The position numbers and the translations under genes were made by a program. The notes below the pieces were generated by a model. The model was not told the origin of the DNA. It worked only from the letters and a program-made list of their open reading frames with translations, and searched no databases. From a virus, in IMG/VR virus record IMGVR_UViG_3300042518_001688, positions 19,409 through 83,408 of that record: a DNA stretch of 64,000 nt. One strand, written 5' to 3'. Numbering within the stretch: position 1 is the stretch's first letter; every line of letters begins with the position of its first letter. This document shows positions 57,627 through 64,000 of the stretch, piece after piece.

Positions 57627-58007
57627 ATGCGATCGCTCAATTCAATGATGGCTGAATTTGCTAGAGGCAAAGACAAGAAAAAGAGAAGAAAGCGAACCTT
57701 AGCGGGTTCTGCTGGTAAAGGTGCTGCTATTGGCATGGGAGTACCTTTAGCTCTTGGCACTTTAGCTGGTGCTACTGGTGCTGGTATATATGCAGCAAAA
57801 GCAGGAATGAAACCAGGAATGGTTGGGCTTTCTATACCTGCTGGTGGACTTGGTGGACTAGCGGCTACCGCAAATAAAGCCCCTGGTAAAGTATTAGCTG
57901 CTGGTGCTTTAGGTGGTGGAATCGGTGCTGGCTTGTATGGTGCAGATAGATTAAAAGAGCGTAACGGTAATCGCTCACCTTTAAATAGAATCGCAGGGAA
58001 AAGGTAG
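57627..58007 (+). CDS. AxF-KDKKKRK family glycine-zipper protein
   Basis: MRSLNSMMAEF-ARGKDKKKRRKR + GxxxG repeats. Confidence 0.75.
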   Translation: MRSLNSMMAEFARGKDKKKRRKRTLAGSAGKGAAIGMGVPLALGTLAGATGAGIYAAKAGMKPGMVGLSIPAGGLGGLAATANKAPGKVLAAGALGGGIGAGLYGADRLKERNGNRSPLNRIAGKR

Positions 58008-58009
58008 TT

Positions 58010-58384
58010 ATGAAATTAATATCTTCTCGATATGATTTAGCTGAGTTTCGCAGGGGTAAAGACAAGAGGCAGAGGAAGAAAAAGTCTTTACTAGGTGCTA
58101 TTGGTAAAGGTGCTTTAATTGGTGCTGTTATCCCAGTAGGTGTAGGCGCATTGGGAATGGCAGGACTTGGGGCATCATCAACAGCTAAATCTATACCCCA
58201 AAGGATTTTTAATACTGGCGTAAGCTCATCTATAGGAGGTGCGATGGGAGGCGCACTTGCTCCTGCTACTGCTTTAGCTGGTGGTGCTACTGCTGCTACT
58301 GCTTACGGTATTAACAAGCTGAGAAATAAAGACAAAAAGCCAACAGTGCGATCGCGGTTAAACAACTTAATTCCTGGTAGGTAA
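58010..58384 (+). CDS. AxF-KDKKKRK family glycine-zipper protein
   Basis: LAEF-RRGKDKRQRKKK. Confidence 0.75.
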   Translation: MKLISSRYDLAEFRRGKDKRQRKKKSLLGAIGKGALIGAVIPVGVGALGMAGLGASSTAKSIPQRIFNTGVSSSIGGAMGGALAPATALAGGATAATAYGINKLRNKDKKPTVRSRLNNLIPGR

Positions 58385-58386
58385 CT

Positions 58387-58992
58387 ATGTCAACTTACAC
58401 CACAGTAGAAGCGATCGCGCGGAGACTACAGGGTAGATTAAAGGTAATTTCTACCCTGTCCCCTACCACTACCCCCAACTACAATACTCAGCAAGTAGTT
58501 GACCCGTTATTAATACAAGATGTTTTGGAGCAAGTCGAGAACGATCTTGATTTGACTTTGGCTCAGATATATGAAATGCCGTTACAAAATAAACATCCTT
58601 TACTGGCAGGGATTGTAGAGAAATTAGTAACAGTAGAAATATTGCAGACATATTATCAAAGTACCCAATCTCCTGAAATGGGGGGAGATCCGGGTTATGG
58701 TAGATTGCTTTATCAACAGGCACAACAGGCGATCGCTAAATTAACTGCGGGTCATAACATCATGGTGTTTGGGGTTCAACCCCCTGCACAAATGCCAGGA
58801 GTAGTTACACCACAACCAATAGTTTTACCTGGAGAAAGATTAGCGTTAAAGCCACCCGATACCCTATCAACTAACGTTACTGTTGTCACCTCTACCAAGT
58901 GGAGAAAGTTGTCAGATGGCGATCGCAAGGATTGGGGGATTAATTGGGATAACCAAGATAGAGCTAGAGGTGCTGATGAATTATGGAATTAA
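58387..58992 (+). CDS. Head-tail adaptor (Mu gp36/DUF1320-like)
   Basis: YTTVEAI...DLDLTLAQIYEMPL pattern, position. Confidence 0.6.
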   Translation: MSTYTTVEAIARRLQGRLKVISTLSPTTTPNYNTQQVVDPLLIQDVLEQVENDLDLTLAQIYEMPLQNKHPLLAGIVEKLVTVEILQTYYQSTQSPEMGGDPGYGRLLYQQAQQAIAKLTAGHNIMVFGVQPPAQMPGVVTPQPIVLPGERLALKPPDTLSTNVTVVTSTKWRKLSDGDRKDWGINWDNQDRARGADELWN

Positions 58993-59066
58993 TTTACTCC
59001 CGACATAGTTTAGCTACATTTGCCAAACCCCGCACCCCACAAAATACAGAACCAGTAGGCGTGTAA
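58983..59066 (+). CDS. 27-aa truncated AxF-family remnant (MELIYSRHSLATFAKPR...)
   Basis: Leader matches MKLISSRYDLAEF / MRLISSRNRDLATF. Confidence 0.45.
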   Translation: MELIYSRHSLATFAKPRTPQNTEPVGV

Positions 59067-59108
59067 AAAGTCCAAAATAAAATTTACAACAATATCCATT
59101 GTTTTATC

Positions 59109-59831
59109 ATGAAATCACTAAATACTATGGTAGCTGAATTTGGCAGAGGTAAGGATAAAGCCCCAAGAAAGAAAAGGGCTAACCTCAGAAATCATGTTCT
59201 CGGTGGGACGATAGTTGGCGGTATTGCTGGCAATGCACTCACAAAACCTATTACTGTTCCCATTGAGTTAGTTGGTGGTTTAGCTGGTAGTGCGATCGGC
59301 GCGGGTGCAGGTGCAGCTACTTATGGAGCAAGAAGGGCATGGCGTGGAGGAAAAGCATTAGTAGCGAAACTTAGAGGAAAAGAACCGGAGAAGTACGATT
59401 ATATGAAAAGTTTAAGTAGAATGACGGCTGAATTTGCTCGTACTAGAGGCGCAACAGATAAAAAACCCAGGAAGAGAGGAACATTAGCAGGATACATAGG
59501 CAAAGGTGCTGCGATTGGTGCGCTAGGCATGGTGGGAGGAAGTGCTTTGTTGGGCGGAGTTCATGGTGCGGCTGTAGCCAAACAGGCAGCCAAAGGTTTA
59601 GGCATTCCTTTTAAACCAATACGCACTCGACTTCAAGTAGGTGCTGGAGGTGCAATGCTTGAAGGTATGAAAGGTGCTATGGTAGCCCCTGGTGCTGCGA
59701 TCGCGGGCGGAGGAATTGGTGCTGGTGCTTATGGGATCAATAAACTTCGTAATCGGAACAAAGAGGAAAAACCCACATCACGACTACAATCAGCAAGAAA
59801 GAAACTCGGTGGCATGATTGGCGGAAACTAA
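59109..59831 (+). CDS. AxF-KDKKKRK family protein, two modules
   Basis: MKSLNTMVAEF-GRGKDKAPRKK and internal MKSLSRMTAEF-ARTRGATDKKPRK. Confidence 0.75.
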   Translation: MKSLNTMVAEFGRGKDKAPRKKRANLRNHVLGGTIVGGIAGNALTKPITVPIELVGGLAGSAIGAGAGAATYGARRAWRGGKALVAKLRGKEPEKYDYMKSLSRMTAEFARTRGATDKKPRKRGTLAGYIGKGAAIGALGMVGGSALLGGVHGAAVAKQAAKGLGIPFKPIRTRLQVGAGGAMLEGMKGAMVAPGAAIAGGGIGAGAYGINKLRNRNKEEKPTSRLQSARKKLGGMIGGN

Positions 59832-60274
59832 TGGAACTAAGAATCACTGGACTCCAACAAGTTAACAGCCTATTAGCGGAAGCCCAGAAAAAATCCAAGG
59901 ACTTCTCTCCACTAGAAGCAACCCTGAGAGATATATTCTATGCAGATGCTTCTAAAAGGTTTGAATCATCTCCTTCCGTAGATACAGGTGGTATGGTCTA
60001 TGGGGATGAATATTGGCGAAAACTTAAAAAAGTACCACCTCATCGTCGGGGAGGTCAGGTATTAATTGACAGTGAGACAATGATGCAATCTGTAACCGTT
60101 GAGGGAGATGGTAACGGCATCTTTGAAATCAACGGCACAGAAGTCATCTTCGGTTCAAGAGTTCCCTATGCCAATAAGCAGAATGTAGACCGTCCTTTTC
60201 TGTTTTGGCATCCATTGTTATTGGAGCAGGTGACAAAGGCGATATCTGAATGGTTGGCAGATATTACTCCTTAA
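59831..60274 (+). CDS. Virion morphogenesis/neck protein (Mu gpG-like)
   Basis: KRFE...W..L...VLIDSETMMQS...FGSRVPYA...RPFL. Confidence 0.7.
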   Translation: MELRITGLQQVNSLLAEAQKKSKDFSPLEATLRDIFYADASKRFESSPSVDTGGMVYGDEYWRKLKKVPPHRRGGQVLIDSETMMQSVTVEGDGNGIFEINGTEVIFGSRVPYANKQNVDRPFLFWHPLLLEQVTKAISEWLADITP

Positions 60275-60428
60275 CATCGTTCTGGATATCTTTTAAAAGA
60301 GTATCAATATTTTGAATCTGCTTCTTTGCATTCTTCAAATGTGCTTCCGCGATCGCCACTTGTTCCTTGTAGAACTCTCTCAATTCAAGCAGTCCTTCAA
60401 GTGCGCTTTTTGGTGGCTGTGGAAGCAT
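60264..60428 (-). CDS. Small coiled-coil hypothetical protein
   Basis: [20 protein letters not shown]...; overlaps Zn-finger gene. Confidence 0.45.
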   Translation of the reverse strand: MLPQPPKSALEGLLELREFYKEQVAIAEAHLKNAKKQIQNIDTLLKDIQNDVKE

Positions 60429-60606
60429 TTTTCTTGGTTCTATTAAAAGGTGGATGGCAAAATTCGCAGTAGGTTGGACGTGGACCAAATGTTTCTCTTT
60501 GGGTTGGCTGACTACACTTTTTACAAATGAAATTGAATATCCGAGATTGGATAGTACGGTAATGCTCTCGGACGGTATAAGCCCGGACTCTAACTAGCTT
60601 TTCCAT
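60397..60606 (-). CDS. Small CxxC-CxxC zinc-finger protein
   Basis: [11 protein letters not shown]...CKKC...CEFC. Confidence 0.6.
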   Translation of the reverse strand: MEKLVRVRAYTVREHYRTIQSRIFNFICKKCSQPTQRETFGPRPTYCEFCHPPFNRTKKNASTATKKRT

Positions 60607-60677
60607 GATTATTTTGACTGGCAGGTCGATCCTAATTATCGGATATGGGAACTAAAAAAGCAAAGAGGGTAATTAAC

Positions 60678-61091
60678 ATGAAGTCACTTAATAGGATGAT
60701 GGCTGAGTTTGGCAGGGGTAAGGATAAAAAGAAGAGGAAGAAGAAGTTTCTGGGAACTGTAGGAAGTAATGCCGTTCTTGGTGCAATTGGAGGAGCATTA
60801 TATCCTACAGCATCCATGCTTGCAATATCTCGTATGATGCCAAAAGGCATGACACCACCATTGAATTACCGAAATATACCTATAATGATGGCTCGAAATG
60901 CGGTTATCGGAGCTACACTTGGTGGCGTTGGTAGCGGTATTAATTACGGAGCAGGGAAGATCGTAGAGTCGAGTGGCAACTTAATTGAAAAAAAATTCGG
61001 TAAACCACCTACTCCTCGGCAAAAAGTGGGAAGAGGTGTAAAACGGACAGGAGAAAGGTTGGGTAACTATATTTCTGGTGACAAAAAATGA
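60678..61091 (+). CDS. AxF-KDKKKRK family protein
   Basis: MKSLNRMMAEF-GRGKDKKKRKKK. Confidence 0.75.
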   Translation: MKSLNRMMAEFGRGKDKKKRKKKFLGTVGSNAVLGAIGGALYPTASMLAISRMMPKGMTPPLNYRNIPIMMARNAVIGATLGGVGSGINYGAGKIVESSGNLIEKKFGKPPTPRQKVGRGVKRTGERLGNYISGDKK

Positions 61092-61672
61092 TACCTAATA
61101 TTCCCCACCCTGTAGAAACTGACCCAGCACCAGATATTGACTGGACTTGTCAGGCGATCGCAGAATATCTAAGAGATGGATTAAATGCAGCTTACGTACC
61201 AGCTAAAATCAAATCTCTCCAGAGGCAGAAAGAACGGCATTTAGAGTATATCCAACAGGGATTGGCAGAACCTACAACTATTTTTGATAACCAGATATAT
61301 GAATTAACTCATACACAAACACCACCAAAAGTAGTTAATGGTATTCGTGCCTATGATGCTTTTAACCTGCCATTACATGAATTTCCTTACCTCAAGGTTT
61401 ACCGTTCTCAAGATATTTATAGTGCAGGCAAAACTGTCTCTCAGTCTTCATTAATGTCCACATATTGCCTAAGTCTACCCAACCAAGAGGAATTACAAGG
61501 GAGCATGAGATGGGTGTCCTGGACAATTAACAATTTGCTACTCAATCCCCAAGTCAACTTGTGTCTAAAAATTCAAGATGGTAGTGTCCGGGCTGAATAC
61601 CGTACTATGTTGAATGAGATGGTTATACCTGTTTACGCTTTTCTAAGAATGTACTTCACTATCAAGTCGTAG
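61088..61672 (+). CDS. Putative tail terminator/completion protein
   Basis: Position between neck and tail tube; FPYLKVYR. Confidence 0.5.
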   Translation: MIPNIPHPVETDPAPDIDWTCQAIAEYLRDGLNAAYVPAKIKSLQRQKERHLEYIQQGLAEPTTIFDNQIYELTHTQTPPKVVNGIRAYDAFNLPLHEFPYLKVYRSQDIYSAGKTVSQSSLMSTYCLSLPNQEELQGSMRWVSWTINNLLLNPQVNLCLKIQDGSVRAEYRTMLNEMVIPVYAFLRMYFTIKS

Positions 61673-61707
61673 GGAATAACACAGCCACAGAGTATTATTT
61701 AGAAAAT

Positions 61708-62496
61708 ATGACCGTCGCTATATTTAACGAAACTTTTGTTGGTATCAGTGAGCTAAAGCTCCAACGAATCTCCGACGGGTTTGTTTATAACCTCCCCATC
61801 CCTGCTACTTTTGCTGTTCAAGATAATAAACAGCAGATTATTCAGCGTACCAAGAGTTCACAGGGTCGTACAGTAAGATCCGGTGCATTCATTAAAGGTG
61901 AAGAACCCATCTTAACCGTTGACTACAACTATATGCAGCCTGAACTCATCGCTATGAGAGCAGGTAATACCTTTGAAGAAGCTACCTACAACATCCAAAT
62001 CGCTCGAACCGTCAATGTAACTCAGTTAACCTACGCTGGTGCTGCTAATGGTTATCTAGGGTACGGGATGCCAGCAGATCAAGCTAATTCTCGCGGTGCT
62101 ATCAGAGAAGCTGGTGGCTTGTCTATTCAGTTAACCCAAGCTGATTATGCTGACGATCTTTCAGCATTGACTAATACCTTTGCTCAGGGTCAGCATGGAG
62201 CGTTGAAGTTCTCACCTGATTTGATGGGTGAAGTTGTTTCCCTGATTATGCCCCATTCTGTAACAGGATTGGGTTTAGGTGATGGATTGATTGGTGAACA
62301 TAAATTAGTTGCTCATCTCTCTGATACTCAAAACATGGTGTGGGTATTTGTGGCCAGCAACATTACTATTAGTTCCGATGGTTCTGGTTTTACCCCTGAT
62401 GCTGAAACTTTACAGTTACCATTCTTTTTGAATATTCTTCCTGGTGGTTGCCGTACCTGGAATTTGTATTCAACCAACCAAAAGGTTAAATGCTAA
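61708..62496 (+). CDS. Putative major tail tube protein
   Basis: 262 aa beta-rich, followed by frameshifted chaperone pair. Confidence 0.65.
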   Translation: MTVAIFNETFVGISELKLQRISDGFVYNLPIPATFAVQDNKQQIIQRTKSSQGRTVRSGAFIKGEEPILTVDYNYMQPELIAMRAGNTFEEATYNIQIARTVNVTQLTYAGAANGYLGYGMPADQANSRGAIREAGGLSIQLTQADYADDLSALTNTFAQGQHGALKFSPDLMGEVVSLIMPHSVTGLGLGDGLIGEHKLVAHLSDTQNMVWVFVASNITISSDGSGFTPDAETLQLPFFLNILPGGCRTWNLYSTNQKVKC

Positions 62497-63005
62497 TGCC
62501 TAAAACTGAAAAACCCACAACTAAAAGCTTTGTTGTTACTTATCCAGATGGTACTGAGGTTGTGGTATTGCGACTACCACCTACTCAACTTGAAGAGGCG
62601 ACGGCGATCGCTGAAAAAATCTTCGAGCGTTTTTTTACCTACTGGGAATACTCCCGTGATTGCTTGGGTGATGTGATGATTGACCCAGCCGCACGGGGAT
62701 ACATCAAGCAATTGGCTAGTATGTTCCGAGTTGCGGGTCAAAAAGAGTTAGGTATTAATGTTACTCCGCTAGAGGATGAATGTGACTATGAACAGATTGG
62801 GCAAATATTTATTACCCAGTCTGTTGATATGGAAACTGGCACAATTAACACCGTTCCAGGTGAGGGTATCAAACCTTCTAAATTTGCGGAGTTGCACAAG
62901 CTAAATTTTTTCAAAGTCCGGGCAGTGGAGAAGATCAAGCAACAGGAGAAACCAGAAGCGACGACACCATCCCCAGTAGTGGAGACGGAATCGCCGATAT
63001 CTTAG
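62490..63005 (+). CDS. Tail assembly chaperone (lambda G-like)
   Basis: After tail tube; T-TTT-TTC slippery site 62906-62912. Confidence 0.65.
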   Translation: MLMPKTEKPTTKSFVVTYPDGTEVVVLRLPPTQLEEATAIAEKIFERFFTYWEYSRDCLGDVMIDPAARGYIKQLASMFRVAGQKELGINVTPLEDECDYEQIGQIFITQSVDMETGTINTVPGEGIKPSKFAELHKLNFFKVRAVEKIKQQEKPEATTPSPVVETESPIS

Positions 63006-63274
63006 CCCTGTTGATTGAATATTATGGGGGTGACACAGCTTTAACCTTGTTAAATACTTTTGATATTGACAGGTTAAATAAACTCCTTGCTCAGACCAGG
63101 GAAATGAGAAGAACATCCCAAGACCGTAAAGAGGAACGACGAGCTAAAGCCAGCAAGGAATTGTCTGATTACCTCAAACAGACTGATTTATCTACTGTTC
63201 AGGTAGATCATGTTGATGCCGATGGTAAACACCAATCTCTGACCTTGGAGCAGATCAACAATTTTGAATTTTGA
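62909..63274 (+). CDS. Tail assembly chaperone -1 frameshift extension (lambda T-like)
   Basis: -1 frame is open from 62909 into ORF 63011-63274. Confidence 0.65.
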   Translation, partial: FQSPGSGEDQATGETRSDDTIPSSGDGIADILALLIEYYGGDTALTLLNTFDIDRLNKLLAQTREMRRTSQDRKEERRAKASKELSDYLKQTDLSTVQVDHVDADGKHQSLTLEQINNFEF

Positions 63275-63738
63275 TGTTCGATTCGATTATGGAAATTAAC
63301 CAGATAAGTCATAAATTCTATAGACCCATCAGCAGGGTCAAGATAGGTGAGGCTGAAGTTGACTACCTAGAAATGGGCGCGTGTCAAACAGGATTACTCC
63401 TACAAGCATTTATTGAGGCACAGCGATCGCTCACAAGAGAAAATCAATCTGACAGCGAAGTATTTGAAACGGTAATTAATATCCTCTCTGGTATTGATGG
63501 TACTCAACAAACAAGACGTGATGCTTTGGTTGGGCAATTGTTCATCAAACCCCAGGCTTACGCATTTATTCAACAAGTTCTTGAAGAATCGTTCCCTAAA
63601 ATACCAAATATCAGTGATTTAAGGGATGAGTTCAAAGGTGAATTGGTTGTGTATTTACTGGATATTTTTGCGAAAAGGATGATTGAACAATCAGCGCAAT
63701 TAATGAAGGTTAGGACTTACGCACAAGTCACGGAATAA
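63271..63738 (+). CDS. Hypothetical tail-region protein, C-terminus supplied by MITE-like repeat
   Basis: Last codons (RTYAQVTE) derive from the repeat. Confidence 0.55.
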   Translation: MMFDSIMEINQISHKFYRPISRVKIGEAEVDYLEMGACQTGLLLQAFIEAQRSLTRENQSDSEVFETVINILSGIDGTQQTRRDALVGQLFIKPQAYAFIQQVLEESFPKIPNISDLRDEFKGELVVYLLDIFAKRMIEQSAQLMKVRTYAQVTE

Positions 63739-63824
63739 TGAACCACGTTCGCGAAGCGTGCCGAAGGCATAGGAACGAAGAGAACGAAGAAAAGAGGGTT
63801 TGAGAGATATTTTGCGTAAGTCCT
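63712..63824. mobile_element. MITE-like Nostocales repeat with AGGACTTACGCA terminal inverted repeats
   Basis: AGGACTTACGCA (63712-63723) / TGCGTAAGTCCT (63813-63824); extra TIR copy 63847-63857; internal GCGAAGCGTGCCGAAGGCATA short repeat. Confidence 0.65.
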
Positions 63825-63926
63825 GGACAGTATTTGAAGTAGGTTTTGCGTAAGTCCAGATAGATATGGAAGTTAATACATTACATAATGATAAAACTTT
63901 TCTCCATGACTATATTCAACCCTTGA

Positions 63927-64000
63927 TCATTCCACTAAATTATGCTTAATTGCAAATCTAACTAATTCAGCGCGGTTGCTGGTTTCAGTCTTTCTCAATA
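63927..64000 (-). CDS. 3' end of host-type NarL/LuxR response regulator
   Basis: LRKTETSNRAELVRFAIKHNLVE*. Confidence 0.75.
   Translation of the reverse strand, partial: LRKTETSNRAELVRFAIKHNLVE

Larger units (their letters stand above)
1..63710. mobile_element. Temperate cyanophage / phage-plasmid region (left end outside window)
   Basis: Contiguous phage replication, nucleotide metabolism, partition, tail, head and tail-chaperone genes; dense HIP1 sites; ends at a MITE-like repeat next to a host-type gene. Confidence 0.9.

Noticed and set aside
42487-58723. Many antisense ORFs in the track (e.g. 42826-43092, 47755-48147, 56967-57356)
   Set aside because: Shadows of long sense-strand genes with no RBS or motifs

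Overview
Nearly the whole window (~1-63710) is a large temperate cyanophage (prophage or phage-plasmid) from a HIP1 (GCGATCGC)-rich, probably heterocyst-forming (Nostocales) cyanobacterium. Left to right it holds: an accessory/anti-defence block (two divergent Csx3/Crn3-like genes, cupin, TIGR04255 pair, truncated hsdR and helicase, DNA methyltransferase); replication genes (dnaB, loader-like, initiator, a Rep-like pair with a candidate counter-transcript); nucleotide and host-takeover genes (class II RNR, nblA, dcd, thyX, dnaN, ssb); a parA + RHH partition cassette; small early genes; tail/fibre genes; and a head/neck/tail-tube module. The phage sequence stops at a MITE-like repeat (~63712), followed by the 3' end of a host-type LuxR/NarL regulator. 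No terminase, portal, tape measure or integrase was recognised in the window. Main candidates for novelty: (1) an unannotated 17-aa ORF, MNQDYIPHRGSGRKGAE, first behind a near-consensus promoter and carrying the PatS/PatX RGSGR HetR-inhibitor motif; (2) a family of ~15 modules in the head module sharing leader + A-x-F + KDKKKRK basic patch, mostly followed by a Gly/Ala zipper, with A-x-F also repeated in the protease, scaffold and minor head protein (a putative capsid cargo-loading/processing system); (3) phage-borne Csx3-like proteins lacking catalytic His residues; (4) HIP1-anchored direct repeats around single genes; (5) a covarying RNA leader on two antirepressor paralogues. All calls come from reading the sequence by eye; no database searches were run.
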